Positions 11,935 to 24,524 of a DNA stretch of 64,000 nucleotides are shown here, one piece after another. The translations under genes and the position numbers were made by a program. The notes below the pieces were generated by a model that had not been told where the DNA came from, searched no databases, and saw nothing but the letters and a program-made list of their open reading frames with translations. The stretch spans positions 295,917 to 359,916 of the forward strand of contig NW_015170306.1 in NCBI RefSeq assembly GCF_001447785.1. The letters run 5' to 3'. Source of the stretch: Gekko japonicus. Taxonomy: Eukaryota. Position 1 is the stretch's first letter. Every line of letters starts with the position of its first letter.

Positions 11935-12686
11935 CTCCGCTAGGAACTCGGCGGCTGTTTCCCTGTCCAGCTGGTTGCGGTTGTAGAACGCTACCCGGCA
12001 GGTCAGTTCCGACAGCTTCGGCGCGTAGTGGTTCTGCACCATCGTGATGATCTGTTCGAAGGTGCAGGCGTCGAGGTCCATCGGAGACAGCAAGCGCTCG
12101 GCCAGGGACACGACGGCGGTGCCGCAGGAGGCCAGGAGGAACCCTCTCTTTTTATCCTCGTCCGTGACCTCGTAGAACGCCAGGGCGGACTTGACGCCTC
12201 TGACCCAAGCGGCCCAGTGTTGCAGACGGGCTGTGTCGAAGGATGGCAGCAGGCCAAGCCCTGAAATGGTCGCCATTGTGCGCGTTGGAGTTGGCGGAGG
12301 AGAAGCGGCCTCTCCGGCTGTGTCGTTCATCAGTCAGCTGAGGAGCACGTTCCCTCGTCCTTCCTCGACGGCCCGGTTACTTGTGGCTGGATCCCATCCT
12401 CGTCGCCATTATTGTGTGGTGGGTTAGCTGCATGGACGAAGGACAAAGACTGGCATAGTGCATAGCACGCTTTATTGGTACACAACACGAACTAACTCTA
12501 ACGGCCGGCAGGCCAACTATATACACCCTTGGGGACACACCCCTGGGTCCCGTTGGCGGGTTTGAATCTCCCGCCATGGTTCCCATTGGTTCCCCAGTGG
12601 AGGGACTAGGAGCCTAGTCCCCATTGTTCACCCAGAGTCAAGCTCTGGGTCTCGCTGGCCTCTGGTGGCGGTCAGCGGACACAACA
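11935..12686 (-). mobile_element. Truncated Gypsy element: 5' LTR (12413-12686), tRNA-Ser PBS (12391-12408), gag N-terminus
   Basis: LTR TGTTG...CA; PBS TGGCGACGAGGATGGGAT; gag motifs KKRGFLLASCG and FYNRNQLDRETAAEFL. Confidence 0.85.
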
Positions 12687-13320
12687 GCCACATTTAGAGG
12701 AGAAGAAGTGGCAGGGGATAAAAAAGGCCAAACTACTGTGCTTAGCTACAGACGTTCTGTATGGGGGGGGGGATATTGTCAGATGTTATCGGCTACCCTA
12801 ATATTCACAAGTAACTCCATTTGCCTGCACACTCAAAGCAGCACCAGAGAAAATCATGGAGAGGAGCAGGGGGGATTTGATTTGTCAAAATTTCAAGCTT
12901 GACTTCAGCTCATCATGAAAGCAACTCAAAGCTACACAAAATGTAGCGAGTAAAAGGCATTAAAATAAAATAATGTTTTAAATACTTGATGCCCAATAAA
13001 CAAGAGCAGCAGCATAAAATGTATTTTAAAAAAACAAATGAGGATTGCTAGCCCCAGTGGTGGGACCGCAGGGGGATAGGGGACTGGCAAGTGGGCCTGC
13101 AGCCATGGTGGAGCACAGTGGGGTGATGCCCCCTCATTCATAAGCACTGCCCCAGCCCAGGAGGATACCAGACCCCCAGTCTGAAAGGACAAAAGCCCCC
13201 ACCCCATCTGTGTGCTGCCACCATTCTCCTTACCACCGTGACCTCACCAGCTCTTCCTGCTTCTGCAAAAAGCAACCTCAGGCCTTCCTTAAAGGCAACC
13301 ATGGGCACTCCACATAGTTT

Positions 13321-13530
13321 TGTCAGGTCTGGGTTGGAAAATACCTGGAGACTCTGGGGGTGGATCCAGGAGAGGGCAGGGTTTGGGGAGGGAAGGGGCC
13401 TCAGCATGGTACAATCCCATAGAGTCCACCATTTAAAGCAGCCATTTTCTCCAGGGGAGCTGATCTCTGTCAGTAGGAGATCATGTGAAAGCAGGAGATC
13501 CCCAGGTCCCACCTGGAGGCTGGCAACCCT
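13321..13530. mobile_element. Representative of an abundant AGGGTTGCCA...TGGCAACCCT MITE family (other copies at ~7460, 10815, 17075, 29385, 43428, 47970, 48800, 50508)
   Basis: Shared body GCAGCCATTTTCTCCAGGGGAGCTGATCTC and matching terminal inverted sequence. Confidence 0.75.
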
Positions 13531-14144
13531 AGTGCTGCACCTTCCTGTTGGTTGTCAATGATGGATCCTATCAGAAAGGGAGGTGACCTGAAGAGGTACT
13601 GGCTATAGGAAAGCAGCCCTGCCCGGTATAGACTATAGGAGCAAGGCTCAGTCAAGCTGCACAGGCAGGGAAGGGAAGGAGAGACGGTACTCTCCCTCAA
13701 GATTTCCTGGTTCCTGCTGGGTGCTGGGTGCATTTCCAGTTTAGCCGGCCGGCTCAGCTGGCACCTTTAGCCTCAGCAAAGCTCAGCCTTCCCTTCCTGT
13801 TTCCCACGGTCTGCCTCCACCTGCGTCTGAATGTTTAAAGTTTGTAAAGTTGGCTTGCTTTGGCAGTGGCTCTTGGGTAAGTACTACACAAAGTGGATGT
13901 TTGCTCCTCTATTAAATGTGTGTAAAATGTTTCCGGGGGTGTTTTGGGAAATCTGCAGAGCACAGTTGGCTTTTGGAGCACCTCTTGGAGCTGCAGAGCG
14001 GAGAGCGCATCGGCGAGCTCACATCCTCCTAATTAAATTACTACTAATTTGATCAGAAACTAATTTAATTAGTAATCTGATTAAGTCCCCCTCTCCCCTG
14101 CCCCACCGCCCAAAAAGTTCATGTTTGTCAGCATGACAAGACCG

Positions 14145-14420
14145 AGGCTGATTTCGCACCGTCATCACGCCTCCCTTTGCCCCGTTTCCATTGGTCAATT
14201 TCCCACTTGAAGCCACACGGCTGCATTTTGACCCATGGCTTTGCCCGATTTTCCCCGCAATTTCGTGATCCTGTTTTTTGAGGATCACGAAACCACGGGG
14301 AAAATCGGGTGAAGCCATAGGTTAAAATGCGGCCACGCGGCTTCGAGTGGGAAATTGACGAATGGAAACGGGGGAAAGGGAGGTGCGATGGCGGCGCAGC
14401 TCCTTGTGCAAAATCAGTCC
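14145..14420. mobile_element. Fold-back palindromic MITE (Harbinger-like termini)
   Basis: GGCTGATTTCGCAC...GTGCAAAATCAGTC; long arms symmetric about ~14275 (TTTCGTGATCCT / AGGATCACGAAA). Confidence 0.8.
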
Positions 14421-14807
14421 CACACTGTATAGATAATAACTTAAAGAAACTTGGGGATATTACGATGTGATACTCTACATGAAAGGCTTTGAGGACTTCA
14501 GAAGGCTGTCAGACAAATATTAAGGATCATGATGTAATTAAGATGGGGAGTGAAAACCAGCCTTTCTCCCTCCTCTGATCTCGCAGTTCTTTGGCCTGAG
14601 ACCTTTCCCTTGTGACAAGTGCATTGTCTCTTCTTTTAAAATACTTAATGTTTTCAAAGTTAACAGGCAAGAAAGCTCCACCATTCCTCCCCCTTCCAGA
14701 GCTTTCCTGCCTTCTTTCACCCCTGATACACAGGGAGGGAGGGAGGGAAGGGGGGAGAGAGAGTGTTATGCTTGGACATGTGCAATCTTCTACTCAGGCT
14801 TAACTGC

Positions 14808-15462
14808 TGTGGGTGCTAGTAGCCAGCATAAGAGGCATGCCAGGACTTGTCTGGCAGGCCTCCTAGATGGAGAGTGGGGAGGCTTGTCTGGGCTTGTCTG
14901 GGCAGGCCACCTAGTTGGAGCTTGAAACCCCAGAACAAAGGCAGGCAGGGTCCTGGAACCTGCCTGCGGATTGGCCCCTGAGGGCAGCCAGCCAATCTGG
15001 AGCCTGGAGGCCATTTGAACCCACCAATCGCAGGGGGGCTGGGAGTGGCTTAGGTGTATATAGTTAGGGCAGTTGCCCCATGTAAAACATTCCTGTTGAG
15101 ATTCAATAAACTGCTGCTTGTTGAAATCACTCACCAAGGCGCACGGAACGCTGTTACCTTCCCACCGAAGTGGTACCTATTTATCTACTTGCAATTTCTT
15201 GCTTTCGAACTGCTAGGTCGGCAGGAGCTAGAACTAGAGACGGGAGCTCACTCCGTCATGCGGCACCCGGGTCTCGAACTGCTGAACTACTGACCTTCCA
15301 CAGCCTGCAGTTCAGCGTCTTAACCACTTGAGCCACCGCAGCTCCATATACAAGGTTATTTGCTATAGAAGCAGCAGCAATGATAAATAAGTTCTAATGT
15401 TGTTCAGGGATTCTAACAAATCTTCCTCCCTTTAATTCAGCTCTCTGAGGGGGTTTTCAACA
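14808..15462 (+). mobile_element. Probable solo LTR interrupted near its 3' end by a duplicated block
   Basis: TG start, GTATATAG at ~15056, AATAAA at ~15105, possible TCAACA end. Confidence 0.45.
15132..15457. repeat. Dispersed copy of 15934-16258 (partial Sauria SINE + ~110 bp unique flank)
   Basis: Near-identical, including the non-repetitive flank ATATACAAGGTTATTTGC...CTCTCTGAGGGG. Confidence 0.9.
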
Positions 15463-15792
15463 AGACCCACCCCCTGCTCCCAGCAGCCCTCAATCAGAGC
15501 AAGAAGCAGCCAAGTAAGTTGCAGAGCACTGAGCATCTTCATATCCCAGGGTCATCTAAGTCTTCAGGTGCCTGGCAATGGGTTGGGGAGACAAACACTT
15601 TTAGCCATTTTATATCAGAGGATGGAACCTTGGCATGCCCTGGGGAGCTTGGGCCTCTGGTTATTATAGCAAATACTGGGACAAAATGTCCCCAGGCTTC
15701 ACTGTTCAGAAGGGAGAAGAAACAGATTCCAGAAAAACAAATGCAAATGACTCGAGTGGACCTAATAATTGGATGATCCATATATACAAGGT

Positions 15793-16146
15793 AAAAAGGT
15801 AAAGGTAAAGGTTCCCTTGCTCGAAAGCCAGTCGAATCCGACTCTAGGGTTGCGGTGCTCATCTCCGTTTCAAAGCCGAAGAGCCAGCGCTGTCTGAAGA
15901 CGTTTCCGTGGTCATTTGGCCGGCATGACTAAACACCAAGGCGCACGGAACGCTGTTACCTTCCCACCGAAGTGGTACCTATTTATCTACTTGCAATTTC
16001 TTGCTTTCGAACTGCTAAGTTGGCAGGAGCTGGAACTAGAGACGGGAGCTCACTCCGTCATGCGCCACTCAGGTCTTGAACTGCTGAACTACTGACCTTC
16101 CACAGCCTGCAGTTCAGCGTCTTAACCACTTGAGCCACCGCAGCTC
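15793..16146 (-). mobile_element. Sauria SINE, full length
   Basis: (ACCTTT)n tail, tRNA-like head, TSD ATATACAAGGT. Confidence 0.9.
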
Positions 16147-18086
16147 CATATACAAGGTTATTTGCTATAGAAGCAGCAGCAATGATAAATAAGTTCTAAT
16201 GTTGTTCAGGGATTCTAACAAATCTTCCTCCCTTTAATTCAGCTCTCTGAGGGGTTTTTTTTCCTCTTGTTCCGGATGAGGATAAAGCACAGTAGGGACC
16301 CTCATCAGGGTTTTGTAAACCACAGTAATCTTTCTGTATTTGCAGAGTGGTCTAGAGACAACATCAAACAATGTTATGTAGGTAGGTGATCAGGCAGTGT
16401 CCCCCCCCCTCCTCTTTGAGAAGATAAAAATAACATAGATAAAAGGAACATCTCCTTTAGAAAGCAGGACTCAAGTAATTTCAGGTGGAAGTCCACACAA
16501 AAAATATTGTAAGTATTGTTGAGATGATGAATCGCCTCAGAAGCATAATCTATTTATCTGCATGTTCTTGTGATTCCTTTGAAGTTCTGTATTTTAGGAA
16601 ATAATATATATTATAGTCCTTTGAAATAAGATCACTTTTCCTTTGAGATCAGTGTACTGATTGCTTCTTTCTTCCTTTCTCTCTCTCGCACAGACATATT
16701 GTTTTCTCTCTCCAATTATATTTGAAGCTCTGCTTTTACTGTGTATAAATTAGATCATGTTCCATCTTCTGTGAGGTATAAACAACCTAGTCCTCCATGA
16801 GATACTGAAGAAATGGATTGTGGCCCTTTTGTCCGTAGCTGGACAATTTGGCTGGGATATGCATTTGGAGAGTAACTAATTACTAACAAATCTGTCTGTA
16901 TTCTGTTTGTTAACATGAGAAGGGTCAATAACCCAGATGAACATGGCCAGATATGGCCCTATTTCTGTTGGTGCCTCTGTGTTGGAAGCCACACTGGTTA
17001 TTTCAGCTTTTGCATACTTGAAGGACTGCTTCTTTCAGACTGGCCCATGCGCTTCTCAAGATCTCCAAAACATAGGGTTGCCAGCTTCAGGTTGAGAAAT
17101 ACCTGGTTTTGGGTATGGAGCCTGAGGAGAGCGGGGTTTGGGGAGGGACTTCAGTGGAGTATAATGTCATAAAGTCCACCTTTCAAAGCAGCCATTTTCT
17201 CCAGGTGAACTGATCTTTGTCACCTGCTGACCAGTTGTAACAGTGGGAGATCACCGGTCATCACCTGGAGGTTGATCCTCACCTAATGAGAAACAGGGCC
17301 TTTTCAGTGGTTGCACCTGCCATGTGTAGTCAACTTCCCATTGAGGTTAGGCAGGATACTTCACTGTTTAGTTTGTATAACAATGGAAAGACCATTTATT
17401 TTAAGCAAACTTTTGAGCCAAGGAGACATTGCAGTGATGGCAGGGGGTTCAATTCAGTTTTTTGCAAATTCCAATTCGAATCCAGTAGCATTTTAAAGAC
17501 CAAGAAGATTTTCAGGATATAAGCTTTCGAAGGTCAGATTTCCTTTTGTCAGGTATCAGACATTGCCTATGCACACAACACACAAAAAGCACAAATAATA
17601 TTTTTCTCAAAATATATCCTTGGAATTTAATTTTGGGAGAAACATAAAGTCCATTTAATGAATTGTAATAGATGGGATGTGGCTTCAGGAAGTAGAGCCA
17701 GTGGCAAAATGGCTGCCACAAGCAGTAGAACTGACAACAAAATAACAGGGATTGAGATTATGCATAACTCCGGGAGTAACTCTTCAACATTTCAGGCAGA
17801 AGCTCTGTTTAACAGGATGCCTTTTAAAATGAACATATTGTTTTAAAATATCTTCTTGCATACAGACCATTTTGCTACATGACTAAAAGTCAGATCTTTG
17901 TGCTGTGATGGCAGCAGCTGCTAGAACAACTTTTAAAAAATCTGTACAGCCAATCAGAAGCTATGGTGGGCGGGGGGGCCTGGCATCAGCACTGGAGATG
18001 GTGGATGTGTAGAGGGAGAGCTCCACACCCACCCCACCTGTTTTACCGATATCAATCACAACAGCCATTCAATTTTGTCTATAAAC

Positions 18087-18399
18087 CAGGGCTCTAGTCG
18101 GGGGGGAGCTCTCAGGTACGGAGCTCCGGAAGAGAACCTCTAGGGGGCGGGGCGGTCACGTGGTGAAGCCCCGCCCCCTTCTTTACCCCGCCCTCTGCTT
18201 CGATCCTCATTCCGTTTGGGAATGAGGATGAAGCAGGAGGGTAAGTAGCCGGGCCTTCTGACACACTTCTGGTGATGTCAGGGGGTGTGGCCTTCTGTCA
18301 CTTCCGGTGATGTCAGGGGGTGTGGCATATGCAAATAAGTTATGCTAATGAGCTATGCTAATGAGCTCCGGCAGCTCTTTTTCTACAACAAGACCCCTG
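18087..18399. mobile_element. hAT-type MITE in the L1 5' UTR
   Basis: CAGGG...CCCCTG termini; perfect 8-bp TSD CTATAAAC. Confidence 0.9.
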
Positions 18400-18408
18400 C
18401 TATAAACT

Positions 18409-19331
18409 ATGGGAAAGAAAGAAGAACATAAAAACAAAATGCAATCTGGAGGCTCCAGACTACTAACGGACTTTTTAGTCAAGAAAGACCCTCAGAAAAA
18501 CCTTCCTCAACCGACACACCAGTTAACTAAAATGGCGGCTGGGCCCAATGCGGGGAAAATGTCCAAAGAAAACTTAACCAGACAATACCTTCATGAGGAG
18601 CTGAAGGAATTTTAAAAAGAAATGTTAAATAATCTACATGACATCATGAAACCACTTGCTGACCAGCTAGACTCAATACATAAGTCACTTCAGCAGGTAG
18701 GGCATACTGCTGACATGGCCATGGAAGCCACACTGGCTAACCAAGCTGGAATACAGCAACTGCAAAAGCATGAAAAATGGGCCAAGGACAGAAAAATAAA
18801 ATCCATGAAAGAAACTTGAAGCTACGTGGCTTACTGGAGCGTGTTGAAGGATTCACAGACTTACCTATCTTCATAGCTGCTTGGCTAGCCAAAATCTTAC
18901 ATCTTGAGGAAGGTATTACTCCTCACATTATAAAAGCATTCAGAATAGGCTCCCCACAACCAGTTCGTAATAGGGGACCTTGAGACATCATCGTCGAGGT
19001 CCCAGAGATGCGGATCAAGAGAAAAATGCTTCAACTATCAAGAGAGAAAGGTACCTTACAATCCAATGATTCAGTGATACAGATCTTCCCAGACTTGTCA
19101 GCTGAAACCTTACAAACCCGACAGTCTCTCAAGCCTATTACAATGCAATTAAATGAAGCAGGAATCAGATTCAGATGGTTGCCTACAGGAGCCATCCAGG
19201 TCTCCCACCACAGCAAGATCTTAACTGTGGAGGACCTGGACCAGGGCTATGCCCTCCTGCAACTGCTAGGGCTTGAAGTCCCAATGGAGTACTCAAAAAA
19301 ATCTTACAAAAGGACATTGGAAGAACTGTAA
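18409..19331 (+). pseudogene. L1 ORF1, disrupted
   Basis: Coiled-coil region, NLKLRGLLE, IQIFPDLSAETLQTR, GIRFRW; in-frame stops and frameshift. Confidence 0.85.
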
Positions 19332-19773
19332 ACTCCTAGTGCATCATGCGAATTAATGTACTGGCGCTGTCAAGCCTGCAGTGACCTTTTCATACTTTTT
19401 AGCATTTCATTAAACTGTTGCTGTTTTTCTCTTTTATTCTCATTTTAGCTCCATCAGGACGGGTGGGGATGGCGGTTGCTCACCGTCCTGGCTCCTTTTC
19501 CTTTTAAGGCACACAAGTTGGTAGAGCCTTCATGGCTCTTCCCCGTGAGATACAGGGACCTCACAGTTTTTCTTTTTTATTTGTTCGGGTAAAATATAAA
19601 ATAGCACTTTGTGTAATACTTTTTGTTTTTCACTTTGATCCCTAGGCAGTTTATTGTTCTGAACTGTGGAGGCGAGGGGGTGGGTTGGGAGGGAGGGGTA
19701 GAGAGGGAGGGAGGGTTAACATCAGTTGGTTCTATGTTCATCAATTGGTTTGTATACACGTGTTATAGGATAA

Positions 19774-20410
19774 ACTAGAAATAATGCCCGTTGCGGAAAT
19801 AAATACAACGGGATCTAGAAAGAGGCTTTGGGAGAGTGCTCTGGCTTTGGGCAAACAGTGTCAGTTTCCTGTGGCGACCTCAGCAGGGTTTAATGACAGA
19901 GTCCACTGTTTTCTCCAGAGGGACTGATCTCTGCTACCTGAAGAGCATTTGTATGTTTGAGTTATCTGTAGCCCTCACCTGGAGAGTGGTAACCATTGTT
20001 ACCCATTCTCCTCTCCCCTATGAGGTATGTTATGCAACTGAAAATCCCAACTGCCTTGCGGGGGGGGGGAGTTTGAGGTGTGGAATGGACTGAAGTCCAA
20101 TCAGCTTCCATATGCAAAAGACCAGGTTGTCGCAGCAGTTGTGGTGTGGGCGGGACCCGGGCTTTGCCTTCTGATTGGTGGCGATATATGCTGAGGAGCA
20201 GTGCCATCAGCCATACACTAAGGGAGTGCATTTTAGAATTAGAACCTTGGCACCCACTATTCAATTTAGGTTGTTCCGTTTTTAACATAAATTCAAAAGC
20301 TGATTGGGGTACAGGGAAATGGGGTGGGGGAGGGGGGAAAGGATCTAAGATTAGTGGGCTACATGTTTGTGAGTCTTTAAAAAACTTAGTCCACAGATAG
20401 AGTATATAGG
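19774..20410 (+). mobile_element. Possible Helentron/Helitron-like non-autonomous element in the L1 inter-ORF spacer
   Basis: 5' ACTAG then stem CCCGTTG...CAACGGG; TATATAG-like end; no TSD found. Confidence 0.4.
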
Positions 20411-20789
20411 GTCTTTAAGAGTCCACATTTCTACTCTCTTTACTGAACACTGGTATGATATACTGTTGTTAACAGTTAACTCTGCACAGTTCCAACTGAA
20501 ACAGAACTGAAATGTTTTAACTACAAGGAAATTCTCCCATCTAGCCTTTTCCTAATTCCCACATATTTGGATATTATACACATTCAATTTATTATATTTT
20601 CAAGAGCCATTTAAAAGGATGCCACATTTCAGGGAGACAACAGTCAATTGGACTTTCCTGTATTTTAACATAAAGTCCAGGAAAATCTCTCCTGCTATGT
20701 GCATCACAAAACATAGAGTTACCAATGGAAAATAAGCTGAATTTTATCACTTTTAACTGTCGTGGTCTCAACAACATAATCAAAACCAA

Positions 20790-22240
20790 GCGCTTGCCCC
20801 CCAAGCCAGAAATAACGAGGCAGACACAAGTGATGGGTTTAACTATAGGGCCACTTTATTAACTGACAACTTTAGCTGGAACCAACGGCAAGGGCAACAC
20901 AGCATGTGGTATGATCAAGGCCAGAGGTCAAGGACCCATCCCTTGCCTCTTCAATAGGGCGAGCCACCCTGCCCCGGGTGGGAGCCCACTACTGGGGCTC
21001 CCACCCGGCCGGCTAGCCATTGCAGGACAACCCTGTAGCCCCATCCCCCAAGCCACAAGGTTCAAAGAGAGGACCTAAACAGGGCCATCCTGAAGGCAGT
21101 CCGTTTCCCCCGCCCCATGCCGCAAGGCACAAAGACTGTACTCACAGGACCCCTTAAAACCCAAATATGGGTGTCAGCTGGTGCTCACCAGACAGCAATC
21201 TGTATACCGCATAGCAACCTGCCTAAATGAAAGTGACCCCTCTGCTTAGGCCTCTGCAACCCACCATGAGGCCCAAGGCCCCCAAAAGCCCTTGCCGTAA
21301 TTCTCCAGAAATATTTTCCGCCCCCACTCCGACAGGTATATATCACTGCCGATAGAGGTCAGTCTGCCCAGCTTAAAGCATGGGTGTGGCCAAAAGAACC
21401 CAAACCACCCTCAGTACTCATTGCAGCTTTTATTCACAGTGTGACAAGCCATCTCAAGGGAAGCGTACTCCCACCCCCCACCAAATATGGCGGGTATCAT
21501 AGCTGACCAGATCCACAAGGCCCCGAGGCCCTTGCTTGCAAATATTGGAAATTCACCTAGGCCTGAAGGACAAATGCCTCACCCTAGTTCAGGCTAAGGG
21601 ATAGCCTCCCAAATGCTTAGCTAGACCTGTGTGGAGGGCGGACCTTCCCGTGGACAACAACTGCAACAGGCCCGGCCACGCAGGCCCCGACGCCTCTGCC
21701 ATTCCACCATGCTCCACTGGCTAAGCCCCAGCTGGAGACTACTGGTGTTCTCTACGCGCGCTGAGCTGCCCCACAAGGCTGCGCCAACAAAGGAACGTTC
21801 TTCTCCTGTCAGGAGATCAACCTGTGGCTTACTCTCGGCGCCCTGAGCCGCCCAACAAGCTGGCCACAGAGTAACACGTTCTTCCTCTCCTGCCGGCAGA
21901 TAGACCTGTAAGAAAAACAGGAGCAGGGGAACATTCACCTCTCTTTGAGGTTGGTTCCAGCATGCCTTTACATCCCGACAAGGCACCGTAAGCTGTAACT
22001 GAGTAATGCCATTATTCCTACTCAAACCACCGGGTGGGTACCCCATGGCTGCTATGCGAAGCAACTCCATATGTCAGGATTGGGGCAAAACAAAGCTGGC
22101 GCTCCAGCATTTCCAACACCCCACAGTAACAGATGAAACTGGAACTCCTGGAGGGAGTGCCATCCTAGCCCGAAAAACAAGCCAGCCCTGCAACCCCAAC
22201 CACCAGTAGGTGGCCCAAGCCGCCGCGGGGCCAAAGGTTT
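20790..22240 (-). mobile_element. Degenerate Ngaro (DIRS-order, tyrosine-recombinase) retrotransposon 3' part
   Basis: RIAAMGYPP (recombinase C-terminus-like); LQLGLSQWSMVEWQRRRGLR..GPP and WIWSAMIP (SGNH-like ORF); AATAAAGTGGCCC near the end. Confidence 0.65.
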
Positions 22241-24524
22241 CAAGAGGTGAGATTTGAATGCTCTGCTTTAGAACAAGATCCAAGAGGTAGGTTTATTTTT
22301 TTGGAGGGGCTTCTAAATGGATTTAAAGTAACTTTAGCAAACATTTATGCACCCAATTCTGGGCAGCTAAGGTTCATAAGTGAATTAATCGACAAATCAA
22401 AAGCCTTCCAAGAGGGTCCAATAGTCCTAGGTTCAGACTTAAATTATTTAATGGATATGAATCAAGACAAATCAAAGCCAATCCAATCCAAAGGGAGACA
22501 AAATAAAAAATAAGAAAAGTACCTCACTTACAGGTCTAAAAAACATAATGGAAAGCTTGGATCTTATAGATGTATGGAGATCTTTGTACACTAACGAGTG
22601 GGATTATATGTATTTTTCTTCACGCTTTCAAATCCACACAAGAATAGACTACATTTTTGCCTCATCTTCTTTACTGAATAAGGTTTCATTAGTTCAAATA
22701 GGTAAGAAATATTACTCAGACCATGACCCAGTAATATGTCAATTTAGCAATCTAAATCAAACAGCTACAGACCCGCTTTGGAGGTTCAATAATTTTTTAT
22801 TAAAAGATAACAAAATAGCTAAAGAGATAGAGAGAGGCATCTTAGGCTACTTTAAATTAAACTGGACGAAGGAAACCCCAATTGATATAGTCTGGGATTC
22901 ATTCAAAGCAGTTACTAGGGGAAGAATCATTACTATTTCTGCAGCCTGCAAAAAGAAAAAAAGCCAAATTAAAACAGGAGATAGTGGATAACTTAACTAA
23001 AATGGAGGAGTTGCATAGAAAAACTGTAGTAAAAAACTCTACACCAAAGTACTCGAAGAACGGAAGAAGCTAGGAGCTTTAGAGATAGGACAAATAAAAT
23101 GCAAACTTCTATATATTAAACAGAACTATTGGTTTAGGAACTCAAAATCTTTACGTTTATTAGCCTGGAAGGTACAAAAAAAGAGTTCTGAAATAGGGAT
23201 TAAGGGTATCAGAGACTCTAAAGGTTTAGTTTCTACATCAACAAAAGAAATACTTCATCACTTTGAACATTTCTATTCAAAGCTCTATGACTCTACGCAT
23301 CCCTCATCTGATTTAATTACTAATTTCTTGCATAATAAAGCCTCTTTAAAAATCTTAACAGATCAACACATGAATTTCCTTGAACAACCAATTGAGGAAA
23401 AGGAATTGGAAGCCACTTTGCAGCAAATGAAAAATAATAAATCCCCGGGCCCAGATGGCTACACAACTGAGTTTTATAAACGGTATAGCTCCATCTTTAA
23501 TACTTTTCTTATAGATATATTCAATGACATTCTAGATACAGGTAGAATTCCAGACACCTGGACTAAAGCCAAAATCACACTTGTACCAAAAAAAGATATA
23601 GACTTAACAGACATCAAATCTTATAGACCAATTGCATTGCTGAACAATGATTATAAAATATTTACTTCAATATTGACTTCTAGATTAAACAGAATTATTA
23701 CTGATTATATATTAATAGAACAAACAGGATTCATCCCAAGACAGGATATAACAGACAACATCAGAAAAACGCTTCATATCACCCATTTCCGCAAAATGCA
23801 CCAAATTAAAGACACAGGATTATTATCCTTGGACGTGGAGAACGCATTCAACACGGTTGAGCCACTATACATTCAACACTTCTTACAGGAGATGGGGTTT
23901 GACACTAAATTTAGACGAGTCATTGCCTCACTTTATTCCTCTCCTAAAGCCATACTAAGGGTAAATGGTGTCAACGAAATAAACATGAACAGAGGGACAC
24001 GGCAAGGGTGTCCCCTCTCACCTCTCTTATTTGCACTAGCGGTAGAGCCCTTTGCTAATACAGTAAGAGACGACATGTGAATTCCTGGAGTAAAGATAAA
24101 TGAGACATGCTATGAGATAAGCCTATTCGCAGATGACATGGTATTATACCTAACTAACCTCGACTCTACTCTTCCATTAATAACTTAGAGCACCTTAGAG
24201 ACTTCAGTTCAATATCAGGTCTTAAGATAAACTATGCAAAATCATTATTATATCCCATCAATATTTCAGCTCCCTGTAGAAGATTGATAAAGAGCAGTTA
24301 CCAATATAGCTGGGTAGAAAAAAGTTGGGAATACTTGGGAGTTGATATTCCCCTGAATTTAAAGGACCTGATAAAATCTAACCACACAACAATATCCATA
24401 AAAATTAAAGACCTACTGACCCAATGGGATAAACTAAATCTCACCTTAATGGAACGTATTAACTTAGTTAAATCTCTTGCCATGCCAAAATTTCTATTTT
24501 ATGTTAGGGCAATTCCTATATATC

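Noticed and set aside
12391-12408. tRNA-Ser gene
   Set aside because: Only the 18-nt 3' end including CCA is present, next to an LTR; it is a primer-binding site.
16694-16880. Coding exon after the strong acceptor at 16693
   Set aside because: All three frames hit stops soon after the acceptor; a UTR exon is possible but unsupported.
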